Source of the DNA: Camelus dromedarius
Taxonomy: Eukaryota
Reading direction: 5' to 3'
DNA: 64,000 bases
NCBI RefSeq assembly: GCF_036321535.1
Contig: NC_087447.1
Location: 12,648,001-12,712,000 of the forward strand
Below the pieces are notes generated by a model. It saw only the letters and a program-made list of their open reading frames with translations, did no database searches and had not been told where the DNA came from. A program made the translations under genes and the position numbers. Shown piece after piece: positions 49,031 through 62,070 of this stretch (positions are counted from its first letter, which is position 1; each line of letters opens with the position of its first letter).

Positions 49031-50503
49031 ATCCAAAATTTAAATGCTGGTTTTATTCTTTCACATAACTTGATATTCTTATTCAAATGAACCAAAGTTT
49101 ACTGTTCTTTTTTTTTTTTTTTTTTATGCCTGTAGTATAGCCTTCTTTAACTTTACTGGAGATTGACTGGTATACTTGAAGTATAGTTCCTTCAAGAATA
49201 CAGGTAATTTTTTAATCCCCAATATAATTTGTCCAGCTCATCTTACTTCCAGAAAAACAGGGAAGGGAATATTACCACATTCAGGTATCTCTAGAGGTTC
49301 AAGTTTAGACTCAGAGGGATCTAGGAACTAATAAATCACCCGAAGAACTTCAGAATGAGCTCTCTGGGAGCCAGGATCTGGCTAAGCAGTGAGTCATACG
49401 GAGTTTGTACATGGAGTGAATCGCCAACCCTCCAGCCACAAGCTGGCTTCCCGGTAAAGACATCTCCCCTTGGTGAGCTGTGGCATTTAATTGAGCCAGT
49501 CTGCTTTTAGAGATAATGCCTCTAACATCCTGATTGCATTTCTTACTTTCATGTCCTCTCCTTTGCAGTTCTTTGTAAAGGATATGTGGTTGTACTTAAA
49601 ATACTGCACCAATCTTCTAATCTCTTCCTCCCTTCACTCTGTCTTTATCTCTCTCTTTTACACACACACAGACACAGATACATTAAATGAACTTATATTG
49701 AGTTAACCAAATAGAATTACCTTCCCTCCTGCAGTGGTACCCACAGAAGAGAACAGCTCCTCTTCTAGGTTGATGGATTAGAAATACGAGAGTAGGTGAG
49801 ATTTCCTGTCTAAAGTTGTCCCATGGGAGTGGGTCACCAAGAATGGCTGTATACTTAGGTGTAGGTAACAACGCTTTCTGAGTCCATTTTTGGTCTTTGG
49901 AAACACCAAACATAAGGTAAAAAATTTCTTCTTAAATAAAGAACGGATGCTCACTGTTATTTTTAATGTAAAATAGAAATTGGTATTTCATTTCTCTAAT
50001 ATTGCTTCTCAGAATAGGTATTTGCCCTCAAATTGCACTCTAAACAATCAGACTCAAACCAGTGCATCCCAGCCTCTTCCCATGCCATGTCATGTTATTT
50101 GCATGTGTTTTGGGATACACGGAGGGAGCGTCTGATGGCTGAAGAAGTCGCCAGGGCTGCACATCGGCGGTGCACTGGTGGTAAACAATGCCTCTGCAGG
50201 CTCTGGTACAGAGATCAAGCTCCGTGTAGCTGGAGAATGAAGGATGCTTGGCTTGGAAAAGCCACTGGAGACCCTGGTAGAGCACCAGGCAGGACATGGT
50301 ATCACTAGGTGGTAAGCAAATCAGGAAATTTCTTGATTAATAGAGCAGAGGGAGTTTCTCAATGACCATTTTTCTTCTTTCTTATAATTAAACACAATTG
50401 TGCAAGCCATTTCTGTGTAAAAGTAGTTTATTTTTACTACTGAAACTATTTCTTTGGTTATTTTACCTTTTTTCTTAATTTACTTCTTTAAAATTCAGAT
50501 AAA

Positions 50504-50505
<2 letters not shown>

Positions 50506-50534
<29 letters not shown>
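50506..50534 (+). repeat. (CA)14 microsatellite
   Basis: Perfect run. Confidence 0.98.
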
Positions 50535-50536
<2 letters not shown>

Positions 50537-51148
50537 ATTGGGATTTTATTCTTGTAACCATAAGTTACTATAGATTCTATGTATTATAACAGTAAAATAT
50601 TTGTTTGCATTAAAATTAAAATTATTTTAGTATAAACTGATTACAATAGCCTATAAACTTCCAATTTTTATGATTAATCATTAAACATAAATTTAACTTT
50701 TGTTTGAAATTTGTCTTATTAATTAGATAGGAGTGTTTTGCTGAAAGGAATTAACTAAATGCCTAAACTGTTTAGAACTCTGAATAGTTTTATACTTTGG
50801 AGAAAGGAATCATATAAGATTTCAGATGAGTGAGAAATATTTTCATTTGTAAGCTGGGAGAAGGCTGGACTTTGAAAAGGCAAGATAAAAAAGGACCAAA
50901 ACCATAGGTGCTCTCAGGCAATCGTTTTCACAGACAGACTTGGAAGCGGAGGTACTGAAAATTAATCTTCTTAAAACTGCTCTTGTCCTCCTAATCCTTG
51001 GTGAGTCTTTTCATATGAAAAAAAATAGGCATATTCTAAGTTGAATTTGACTGGCATGATGGACTCATTCAGTCATAGCTTGGGCAAACAAAACCAAGAG
51101 AAACAAGTAACTTTGGAAGTATGTGTGAGTTACTCCTGCCATTCAAAC

Positions 51149-51631
51149 TGTGGACTGAAATAAATGCACAACCTAAAAGTTGAGTTATGTTTTATTCGGT
51201 GGACAATTCTGAGGATGCAGCCCGGGATGACAGCCTCTCAGATCACTGAGGGACTGCTCTGAAGAGGTAGGGGAGGGGCTAGGATATATAGGAGCTTTAC
51301 AGCAAAGACCAAGTAGTTGGAACATTAAAAGATTGCTTGTTAACTAAAGAAAACCAGGCATCTCAAGTTAAAGAATTTAGCACTTTTCTGTGTATGGGAG
51401 GAAGCAAATATTTGGGCTCAGTGAATTCATTCCTTTGACAAGCACCTAGCCACCTAGGGCCAGCATCCTGTCCTTTCTTATTCTGAGTCCCCTCAGAGTG
51501 CACTATTGTGAGTGGCTGCAGAGACCAGGCTGCAGACTTGTCTTCACTGGGGGGTGGCGGCAGCTGCTGATGACTTGATGGCTTCAGCATTCTCTGTTTA
51601 CTGATATGGTTTGCAGTATTTTTCGTTCACA
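51149..51631 (-). mobile_element. Solo ERV1 LTR, MER41-like
   Basis: TG...CA termini. The plus strand reads as antisense MER41-type text (gaaataaatgcacaacctaaaagttgag, tctcaagttaaagaatttagcacttttct). Flanks caaac/caatc. Confidence 0.8.
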
Positions 51632-51659
51632 CAATCATTGAATTTGTTCTTTCGACTAC

Positions 51660-51825
51660 TGATTCTCAAACATGGCTATCCATTAGAACCACTGGGGAGC
51701 TTTAAAAATGCTGATGCCTCAATGTTTCCCAGATGTTCTGAATAAATTGGTAGAGGGGTGCCTGGATATTGGGATGTTAACAACTTCATAGGTTTCAACG
51801 TGCAGTAAAATTTGAGGCAAAACTC
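51660..51825. mobile_element. MER5A-like hAT MITE
   Basis: ttctcaaacatggct..ccattagaaccactggggagctttaaaaatgctgatgcc. Confidence 0.75.
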
Positions 51826-52264
51826 ACGTAGGGAAAGATGCAATGAAGCAAGAAACACGTTGCTCATTAAAAATATTTTGCGGTCAAATGTGTCAATGCT
51901 TTAAGGATTTCCCTCAAAATTGATAGAGTGTGGGAATGTCTGAATAAATGGTGAGGCTTTGTGTGGTAACTGCTTCAGAGCAATCTCAGAAACTAACTGG
52001 AGCCTACGAAGAAACATTACTTTTAAAAAACAGAGGAATTAATAAAATAATCTAGAAAATTGTAGATTAGGTGCAAAATCATAAATGCTGCACTCTTTAA
52101 GCATTTTAAAGGTTTTCATAGGTAACTTTATTTCCATGTAATTTTTAAGTTTTTTAAATTTGGAATCCAAACTCCAGCTTAACATGCAGCTCCATTATAT
52201 ATAAACTTCATTTTTGTACCATTAATTTGCTGCGTAAATATTCCCCTTAATAGTAAGTACCTAC

Positions 52265-52729
52265 TGTTACGGAAACGACAGGCCAGTCAAGAAATAAGCA
52301 CCACTCGGAGGGTTGGAGTGCTCAGATGTATTACGCCGGCGGGCTCAGAGGGGTTTCTGCTCCAAAGCTCTGAGCACCTCCAAGACGTGCGCATGAGGTT
52401 TTATAGGGTAAAGTACAAGCTTGGGGTATTCGGCCAATAGGCATGGAACAGCTTTAGCAGCATTATTATCACAAAAGTGGAGGCGGGGAGGCAGCAAACC
52501 AACATTCCAAAGCCAGATATGTATCTTTGAAAACCCAGCTGGCTAGCAAAAAAACATAAACAGCAAACCAACACTAATTAACTTAGATTTACAAGTTAGT
52601 CCAGCAGAACTCAGATCAGTATTCCGATACTTAGACTTGTGAGTTATCTTGTTAGCCCAGCCCAGCCTCTCCTTCACAGTCCTAGACCTGTGAGTTCTCT
52701 TGTTACACCAGCCCAGCTTTTCCTTCACA
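52265..52729 (-). mobile_element. Young solo ERV LTR with 4-bp TSD
   Basis: ctac|TGTTAC...TTCACA|ctac. CpG retained. Minus-strand TATA (ccctataaaa, ~52400) and a CCAAT box. Duplicated 47-bp terminal unit. Confidence 0.85.
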
Positions 52730-53309
52730 CTACCATAGTTAATGTTCTCATTGATGCATTTATTTTCTCACTGAGCTGATTTGACATGTATGTTGCACCC
52801 ACCACAAACCTGAAGTTACATAAAATAGAAAACAAAAGAAACTAATGCACAGGTGGCCTTTGTTATTTTAGTAAAATTTTATGATAGATTATAAATCAAC
52901 CTCTTCCTCTGACCCCATTTTTCAGCAAGGGGTGGTCTGCTTAACTTTTCCATTGTATGGTAGCCTTTTCATTATTCTCAACTAGCAGTCAAACCATGTC
53001 ATCACAGCTGGAATTGATATAAAAGACTGTGAGAACACGTTGAGTATGTTCAAGCCCTGTAGAGAACCCTTAATTGAGAGTGTTCTTGAGTGAAACAGTC
53101 ATTTACCAGGAGGGACAGCATGACATAATAACATTTTAGAAGCTCAGGCTTCTGCAATTTTACCTTGGCAAAGCACATGGAAAGCTTAGCAATCTTTAAG
53201 AAACTACAGATTTTATGTTTGTCTTCTCTAAGCTTGAAACGTTAGGTTCATACTACAGACAAATGGATGTATCTGCCAGGATGGTTGCTGGCAGATACAC
53301 TGGGCAGCA

Positions 53310-53470
53310 TAGTTTGATGTTTAGGAATATGGGCTTTGCAGTCAGACAAATCTGATCACCCCCATACTATACCATGTGATCTCTGGGACCATAGCTCTAA
53401 ACCTGGGTTTTTTTCAATTGTTAATCAGGGATGATGGGATAGAATTTCATCATACTCTCAGTAAAAGACT
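53310..53470 (+). mobile_element. MIR
   Basis: gaatatgggctttgcagtcagacaaatctg. Confidence 0.6.
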
Positions 53471-54624
53471 ATCGTAAGTCAATTCATGTTTTGCGCAAAT
53501 TAGAATATCTGATAAGGGCAGTCCTCAGCAGCAACAGATAAATACTTATAGCAGCAATAAATAAAATTAAAATATGAAGGAGTTCGATGTGATGATCTTC
53601 CAAGGCTCCTTTCTTTGTTAATATTTTATGGTTCCACTTGGTGGGAAAATAAAGCCAGGGGCAAAAATAAATTTCAAATAGACTAACGTTGGGCTTAATG
53701 AGATTAGTCCTTTTGTTTTTCAGAGTTGGCAGAAATAAAAATAATTGCAATTTTTCAGAAGTGTTCATCAAGAACTGTACCCACCTGTATATGTTTCCAG
53801 AGAAGTTTGATTACAACTGGCTGTTCTTTAGGATACGTTGCTAAAAGCGAAACCTACTAGAATAAGACTTTGGGTGTCGCAAGCCCTTCATAAATATTGA
53901 CACATATTTATGGCGAAAGGGGTTTATCTACATGTAGTTTAGAATAAGTTATCTAATAAAGTACTTAATGGTAACTCTTTGGGCAACAAACTTCAAAGTG
54001 TGGTTAATTTTGAATTGGAAAGAAAAACATGTCTCCTTAATTTTTATGCAGATAAAATTGGATGCTTTCCCACAGTTCTGGTTAATTTCCTTTTAGCTTC
54101 TACAGCATCCAGTCCTTACTCTGTAAGTCAGGGAAGGGACGCAGGAAAGTGAGTCAGTCACAGATCGCTTTGACAATTTTTAAAACTGTTGGAATGTGCA
54201 CAAAAATGAAAAACGGGAATATAAATTTGCTTTTATTTATAAATTATGTATTTTTGTGCTGTGCTGCCATATTTATATGTGCATAGAATATTTAGGGGCA
54301 CCAAAACCACTGAAATATTACTGGTAGCTGTCTCAGGTGCTTTCTTTCAGATAATATTTAAGTTTAACCAACATTCTCCCATCGTTTCTAAAATCACAAA
54401 ACAAAATAATGCTTAAGAGGTGTATTCTGAGAGCAAAGAACTCTTTCCCTGGGGCAAGAATGGCATGTCGTTGGAGAGCTAAGGTGTCCTTTTTGTCCAC
54501 AAAGTAACACAATTCAAGGCTAGAAGATGCTAGTGAGCACCTCCCCCAGCACTGACACAGGCCATAAAAAATATCATTCTTGTTCTTCATCTTATAGTAA
54601 AATCTGCAGCCTTCATCAGAATCA

Positions 54625-55584
54625 ATGGCTGAAGTTAATGTCACTCATGTTACTGAATTCATTCTCAACGGAATTACAGACTGGCCAGAGCTTCAGGCCC
54701 CATGCTTTGTGGTGTTTTTAGTCATCTACCTGGTCACTGTGCTGGGCAACCTTGGACTGGTTTCCTTGATCAGGATGGATGCTCGGCTCCACACACCCAT
54801 GTACTACTTCCTCAGTCACTTGGCCTTTGTTGACCTTTGTTACTCCTCTGCTATCACGCCGAAGATGATGGTGAATTTTGTTGCGGAACACAACACGATT
54901 TCTTTCCACGCTTGTGCAATACAACTGTGCTGTTTTCTCACCTTCATGATCACAGAGTGTTTCCTTTTAGCCTCCATGGCCTATGATCGCTATGTAGCCA
55001 TCTGTAGACCCCTGCATTACTCCACATTGATGTCAAAGAGGGTCTGCATTCAACTAGTGGCGGTTCCATATGTATACAGCTTTCTAGTTGCCCTCTTCCA
55101 TACCATTATCACCTTCCGCCTAACTTACTGTGGCCCCAGTGTTATTAACCATTTCTACTGTGATGACCTCCCTCTCTTGGCTCTGTCCTGCTCAGACACA
55201 CACATGAAGGAAGTTCTGATCTTTGCCTTTGCTGGTTTTGATATGATCTGCTCCTCTTCCATTGTCCTCACCTCCTACATCTTTATCACTGCCGCCATCC
55301 TGAAGATTCACTCTACCCAGGGGCGACACAAGGCCATTTCTACCTGTGGCTCCCACATGGTGGCTGTCACTCTCTTTTACGGCACACTGATCTTCATGTA
55401 CCTACAGCCCAAATCCAACCACTCCCTGGACACAGACAAAATGGCATCCGTATTCTACACGGTGGTGATCCCCATGCTGAACCCCCTAATCTACAGCCTC
55501 AGAAACAAAGACGTGAAAGATGCCTCCAAGAAAGCCTTGGAGAAAGGTTGTGAAACTGTAAAGATGTTAAATTTAAGAAAATAA
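54625..55584 (+). CDS. OR8U3: Intact olfactory receptor, OR8U3 (formerly OR5R1) orthologue, 319 aa
   Basis: [14 protein letters not shown]...[43 protein letters not shown] closely match the recalled human OR5R1/OR8U3 protein. Candidate acceptor ttcatcttatag ends at 54597. Confidence 0.94.
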   Translation: MAEVNVTHVTEFILNGITDWPELQAPCFVVFLVIYLVTVLGNLGLVSLIRMDARLHTPMYYFLSHLAFVDLCYSSAITPKMMVNFVAEHNTISFHACAIQLCCFLTFMITECFLLASMAYDRYVAICRPLHYSTLMSKRVCIQLVAVPYVYSFLVALFHTIITFRLTYCGPSVINHFYCDDLPLLALSCSDTHMKEVLIFAFAGFDMICSSSIVLTSYIFITAAILKIHSTQGRHKAISTCGSHMVAVTLFYGTLIFMYLQPKSNHSLDTDKMASVFYTVVIPMLNPLIYSLRNKDVKDASKKALEKGCETVKMLNLRK

Positions 55585-55840
55585 TAGTAATAATAGTTTA
55601 TTAAACACAAGAAGGTAAATGAATCAAGCTTTCTCTTTCTGACATTTCTTATAATTCTTTCCCAATCAACTGGAAATGTGGCTTTGATATGTTCTACCAG
55701 GTCCCTGGTCAATTCTGGAAAGTCAGTTTGATTCTGAGTCCTGTTCAGGCCACCATAGCCTTTAGAGATCAGTGAAATTATGTTCGAATAGAAACACAGA
55801 CATGGTCTCAAATACACATACATGTATCCGAAGCAAGGAC

Positions 55841-56085
55841 ATCACTGTGTTTTTGTTAGAACTCAGGACTCTGCAACCAAGACTGCCTAAACTTGAATTC
55901 TATCTTCTTCCTTTTTTGACTGTGCAGCTTTGGGCCAGGAACCTGAACTCTGTGTGACTATCTTTCCATGTTTGGAAAATAAATAAGACCCAACTCACTG
56001 TTTGGTTTTAAAGACTAAACATATTAATATTTATAAAACACTTATAGCAATACCCTGTGATAATAAGTACTATGTAATTGTTTGC
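55841..56085 (+). mobile_element. Near full-length MIR
   Basis: caggactctgcaaccaagactgcct...ctgtgcagctttgggcc...aacacttatagcaataccctg. Confidence 0.75.
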
Positions 56086-57706
56086 CATATAAGTGTTTGT
56101 TATATATAATTAAAAAATAATTCATCGAGCTCTCAAAAATTTGCGTCTTTAAGTAAGAAGGAAAAGCCTGATTAGGTTTCTACTACCTGCCGGGCACTTA
56201 ATCACGTAGTGTTACTTGTTGCAATAAAACAAATCTCAGAGTTGGGTAAGATTTCACCTCTGGGCCTCAACTTTTCATAAATTGTGTAAGGTCACATAAT
56301 TAGTAATATGAAAATTCTAAATGCAAATGAAAGTCTTTCTGAATTTTGTTTTCTTAACCACTATGAGTATTATAGAGTATCTGGACTTAAAAATGTCATT
56401 ATTGGATTTTTTAAAATATAAGTGAAATAACATGGTTTATAAGAAACTGTGTTTTAAAATAAATAACTGATACATTTGCATATTTGTTCAAATAGAAATA
56501 ACCTTTGTTTATAATGTCATTTATTCAATCACCCTTGTAGGATCATGATAGGAAAATATTAGTGATTTGACATGCTTTAATTATTTTAACATTTCATAAA
56601 AAATAGTTAAATTAGTGATTTAGTATTATCTTATTATTTTACCATTTTAGAAGGAGATGCTGACAGTTACAGTCGCTATATAAAATGCTGTTTGAGGTTT
56701 GCAGTACAAGGGGATTATTTCTTCTTCTGAGATTAATTTGTAAATAACTCATTTATGCTGCCATGAGGTGCTTTTCAAATCTTGTGAACTGAATGAATTC
56801 TCAACTTTTTAAAGCAGGTTTGACAGAGAAGCATGGTGCTTCTATTTACCACACTGTGTCTTGTGAGTGTATATTTGTATAGACAGATGTCCACACACAT
56901 CCTCTCACATATCACGTACGGGGCCCACAGGCGCAGCATAGCCAGTCTCTCTTACAGGCAAAGGAGTTCAGACCTATAGAATCTTAATGCCTCACTGACG
57001 AACACCACTTTTCTGGACTTTCATTTTATCTTTTTCCTTCATAATATTTATAACAGCAATGCTTAAACACTAATTGAATCGAAGTTTACACGTCTTTACA
57101 CAATTTTAAAAGCTAGGGAAAAAAGGGTGACTCACAAGATGTCATCCAAAAACTAGGTTTAAATTAATCTTTTAATTAGAAAACAATTTGAAAGATATGT
57201 GAGCCTGAATCTGGCACAACAAACGGGCCTTTCATGTCGTACTGGACGCTGGAGAAGAAAGTAAAGGGAAAAAGTGACCACGTTTGGGGCAGAGTTTCTC
57301 CACCTTCATCATCTCTTCACTTATTTTGTTAAAACTAAGATTTAACAAAATTAAACTCAAATCTTGTGGGTTTTTTTCTAGTTTTTAGCTACATGTTTAT
57401 TAATAAATTACATAAACTGTTTTGGATCTCTTTATTTTTAAAATATCTATCTCAGTAGGTTGTTATAAAAATTAACTGAGACTGTCTATTTAAAGCATTT
57501 CATTCAGCTCCAGACACACAGAAAGACATTCAATAGACGGTAGCTTTATTTTTACTTTGAAAAGTTTGAAACTAAATAAATGCATAATTTATTAATGCAA
57601 TTTTTACTAAATGTAACAAAAGCAGCTTAATTTTTTTTCAAGAAAAAATATGCTTATTTTAATAGCAGAAATGAAGGATTCAAAATTCAGTTTAAAATAT
57701 GTTTGT

Positions 57707-57893
57707 AAATAGATAAACAACAAGTTTATACTGTATAACACAGGGAACTATATACAATATCTTGTAGTAACTTACGGTGAAAAAGAAAATGAAAACAAAT
57801 ATGTGTATGCTCATGTATGACTGAAGCATTGTGCTGCACACCAGAAATTGACACAACATTGTAAACTGACTATATGTCAATAAAAATACATTA
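57707..57893 (+). mobile_element. 5'-truncated young L1 3' end with TSD
   Basis: actgtataacacagggaactatatacaatatcttgtagtaac...gacacaacattgtaaactgactat. TSD aaaatatgtttRt at 57694-57706 and 57894-57906. Confidence 0.9.
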
Positions 57894-58139
57894 AAAATAT
57901 GTTTATAAACCCACACAAAAAGAAATTAAAAAGAGTTAAATTGCTTTAAAGATTACGATAAAATAACTTGTTAGCTTTTATATTTTCATTTTGTTGATTC
58001 TAAAATAAAGCATATAATGTTGGCAACTATTTCTGGAAAGAAAAAAAAAAAGACTACTACCTGAAACCAAATAAAAGAGTAATGTTGATGTAATAAAAAA
58101 GTTGATGTAATAACAATGCTATAAATAATTAACATTGCT

Positions 58140-58395
58140 CATTAGGTGTGAGTCAACATATATGAAGTGCTTGTCCTTTGCTAGGAGTTGTGTGATGCCT
58201 TTTATATTTGTAAGCTTATTGAACCTTCACAATTAGTCCAAGACAAAGGGAATTATTACATCCTTTTGCTGATGAAAAAACTAAAAAACAGAACTGTGAA
58301 CTAATTTACCCAAGATAACAGCTATTACTTGGAAAAGCTAAAATTGCTAGCCAAACTGTGTGAATGAAGATCCACGTTCCTAATCACACACTTAC
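58140..58395 (-). mobile_element. MIR
   Basis: attattacatccttttgctgatgaaaaaactaa...aatttacccaagataacagcta. Confidence 0.7.
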
Positions 58396-58981
58396 ACAGA
58401 ACAGGCAATGATTTAAAATGGTGTGAAATGGCTCCAATGGACTAAACTGACACAGCATAAGTGTCACCGAGTGTTCAATGTCAGGCTGCCCTTGTAGCTG
58501 AGTTGCAGGAAGCGGAGTGCTAGGAAGATTGTCTAGAGTGTTAAAACCAAATATCCTTGCTCTTAAGCTTCAACATGCTTTCAAGACTATCTGTGCAGCA
58601 CGCTTGAAACATAAGATACCAGATGTTGATTTACCATTTCAGTACAACGCAGATTTCTCAATAGATGACACGGAATTCAGATAAAGCCTCTCTTTTCCAA
58701 TACTGCTTCTTTAATGAGGAAGAGGGTGTTGTGGTCAAACAGGATTAAGATCTCTCTCTGTCTCTCTCTCTTTTTTTCTCTCCCCTTTTATAATTCAGTA
58801 AATCATAATTTACAAAATGTGTTTCATGTGGAAATCACTAAGAATGAAACAGTGGGTGAGACATATTCTGAATGGATCTGAGCCCTGGAAGTGAGGAAGT
58901 TGGTTCATTTATCAGCATGGTGACTCTAAATGAGCCACAATTCCAAGTCTTCTGATGCCTTCCTGTCCAATGATTTTTCAG

Positions 58982-59918
58982 TTACTTGACAGCCAAACAC
59001 AACTTCCCTGTAATTCTTTTCAGTGCACTTTTTACTTCCTGATTCCTCAAGCTATAGATCAATGGGTTTAACATGGGAATCACCACCACATAAAACACCA
59101 AGGCAAACTTATCTGTGTTCAGAGAATGGCTTGACTTGGGCAGTAGGTACATAAAAATGATTGTCCCATAAAATATGGTGATGGAGGTCAGATGGGAAGC
59201 ACAGGTGGAAAGGCTTTCTGACTTCCTTCAGCAGAATGGATCCTCAGGATGGCAAGGAGGATGAAGACATAGGAAATGATCACGACCAGTAGAGAGCACA
59301 GCGTATTGAACCCAGCGATGACTAACAACATCAGCTCTTTGACCTGAATGTCAGAACAGGCCAGCGCAACCAAGGGCACGTCATCACAGTAGAAGTGGTT
59401 GACCATATTGGAGCCACAAAAAGACAACTGGAATGTCGCCACTGTCTGTACGAGACCCACACTGAACCCATAAACATACATGCTAGCGATGATTCGGTTA
59501 CAGAGTTTTTTAGGCATGAGAATGACGTAGAGTAAAGGGCTGCAGATGGCCGCATACCTATCATATGCAATGACTGAGAGCAAATACTGCTCACAAACTG
59601 AAAATGTGATGAAGCAGCACACCTGAAGGGCGCATGCATAAAATGTTATGCTTTTAACATCACGTAGGAAATTCACCAAGGTGTTGGGGGTAACAGAGGA
59701 TGTAAAAGAAAAATCAACAAAAGCCAGGTGGCTGAGAAAAAAATACATGGGTGTGTGAAGCTGAGGACTGACTTGTATTAGCACAATCAAACCAAGATTA
59801 CCCACGACACTAGCTAAATAGATTACCAGGAATACACCAAAGAAAATGGCTTGAAGCTCTGGATTATCTGTGAGTCCCAAGAGGATAAAGACACTGCTGA
59901 ATAATTGCCTTTTGCCAT
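58982..59918 (-). pseudogene. OR5AL1: Olfactory receptor pseudogene, OR5AL1-like
   Basis: accATGg at 59918 (MAKGNYSAV). Inferred -4 deletion in the TEF codons (~59890) and -1 deletion in KAFST (~59210). Old stop TAA at 58984-58982. 937+5=942 nt gives 313 aa. VSPQLHTPMY, SSVTPNTLVNF and CFITF are typical of OR5AL. Confidence 0.88.
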
Positions 59919-60078
59919 GGTACTGATTTTCAAATATTTTTACAATAAAACCCCCAGAGCACACATTCTGAGTATTCCTGTCTCCCTTGGCAATAATCAA
60001 GCAGGTATTAGAAGCTGGTTCTGACCCACCATGATCTTATGATGAATGTGTTCAGAGGAGAATCTTCACGTTAGCTCT

Positions 60079-61182
60079 GGCAATGGAAATAAAAGCGAAA
60101 ATAAACCAGTGGGACCTAATTAAACTTATAAGCTTTTGCACAGCAAAAAAAAACCATAAGCAAAAAGAAAAGACAATATTTGCAAAGAATGTGACTGACA
60201 AGGGCTAACTTCCAGAATGTAAAAACAGCTCATACAACAACAATAAAACAAACAACCCAATCAGAAAATGGGCAGAAGGCCTAAACAGACATTTCTGCAA
60301 TGAAGACATACAGATGGCTAATAGGCCTGTGAAAAGATGCTCAATATCTTTAATTATCAGAGAAATGCAAAACAAAACTATAATAAGGTATCACCTCACA
60401 TCTGTCAGAATGGCCATCATTACAGTGTCCGCAAATGATAAATGTTGGAGAGACTGTGGACACTGTTGGTGGGAATGTAGATTGGTGCAGCCACTATGGA
60501 AAACAGTATGGAGATTTCTTAAAAAACTAAAAATAGACTTACAGTATGATCCAGCAATCCCATCCCTGGGCATATATCCGGAGAAAATTCAAATTCAAAG
60601 GTATATTTGCACCCCAGTGTTCATAGCAGCATTATTTACAAGGGNNNNNNNNNNNNNNNNNNNNNNNNNNNNNNNNNNNNNNNNNNNNNNNNNNNNNNNN
60701 NNNNNNNNNNNNNNNNNNNNNNNNNNNNNNNNNNNNNNNNNNNNNNNNNNNNNNNNNNNNNNNNNNNNNNNNNNNNNNNNNTGGACCTAGAGATTATCAT
60801 ATTAAATGAAGTAAGTCAGAGAAAGACAAATACCATATGATACAACTTACATGTGGAATCTTAAAAAATGAGGCAAATGAACTTATTTACAAAACAGAGA
60901 CAGACTCATAGACATATAGAAAACAAACTTGCAGTTATGGGGAAGGGAAGGAGAGTGAGGAGATAAATTAGGAGTTTGGGGTTAGAAGATACTAACTACT
61001 ATGTATAAAACAGATAAAACAAAGTCCTACTGTATAGCACAGGGAAATATTCAAAATCTTGTAATAAACTATGATGGAAAAGAATCTGAAAAGTAACATA
61101 TATATATATGACTGAATCCCTATGGTGCACAACAGAAATTAACACAGTATTGTAAATCAACTACACTTCATTTAAAAAAAAA
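60079..61182 (+). mobile_element. L1 ORF2 C-terminus and 3'UTR (lineage-specific, 5'-truncated)
   Basis: ORF 60314 translates as L1 ORF2 ([34 protein letters not shown]). The 3'UTR ends caactacacttcattt(a)n. Contains the N gap. Confidence 0.95.
60645..60781. other. Assembly gap (137 N)
   Basis: Run of n inside the L1. Confidence 1.
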
Positions 61183-61599
61183 TGACAATATGTCTTCTTA
61201 GATTCTTGACCTTGGGATCGGGGGCCCTGCCATCATTCCACTTGCAAGTCCCACTCCATGGCTCTATTTGAAAAAAATGATTTAAATGGCAATAGAGCAA
61301 ACGCTAAATATCTAAAATTAATTTTTTTAATGACCATAATTTTCTGCCCTTTCTTTCACCTCATTTATAACACTTCAACTTTTTATGTATCTACTCACTG
61401 CACTGGTATAGTTAAATAAAACTAGGTCGGTATTTTAAGCAAAATAATACAAAATAATTTTGGTAGAGGATACATATACATATGATTATACTGTATGCTA
61501 GACCAGCACTTTAAATTAATGATGTCTCTCCCTACACTATATGAATATATACATAATGAGTGTCTTTTCCCAATATATTTATTAATTACAAAGGAGAAA

Positions 61600-62070
61600 A
61601 ATTAATTAAATATGAAAAGACTAGCTAACAAAGGTGTCCATCAGACTGATCAAATTAAATGATAGATGATACCCACTGTTGGTAAAGGCATGGGAACGTG
61701 ACGTAGGCTTACACGTCCAATAGAGGCATAATTGTCGTCAACTTTCTGGAGGGTAGTGTAAGTGTAAGCTTCAAAATTGTTTAAAATAGTCCTGCCCCTT
61801 GACATAATGACTTCAACTCTAGGAACTTAGGAAAGTCATGAAAAGTATGCAAGTGTCTGAATTGTTCTGGTTTTACTTGCTCCAAAACAGGAAGTTGTCT
61901 AGGTATATTCTAATAGTTGTTTAGATCTTACATGGCTCTCCAGTAAGTTAGTAAATGGCAACTATAAAAGCTGAAGTAGGTCTACATTTACTGATACTGA
62001 AAAACGTTCATGATATAATCAAGTTAAAAAAGCAGCATGCTAAACAGGTTATACAGTGTTAAATAATTCC
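61600..62070 (+). mobile_element. Old L1ME fragment
   Basis: atacccactgttggtaaaggcatggg, actttctggagggtagt, ttcaactctaggaa. Confidence 0.65.

Noticed and set aside
60108-60125. gggacctaatta, a homeodomain plus Ebf-half composite
   Set aside because: Part of ordinary L1 consensus and lacks the second Ebf half-site.
60314-60790. 158-aa ORF
   Set aside because: L1 ORF2 fragment spanning an N gap, not a host gene.
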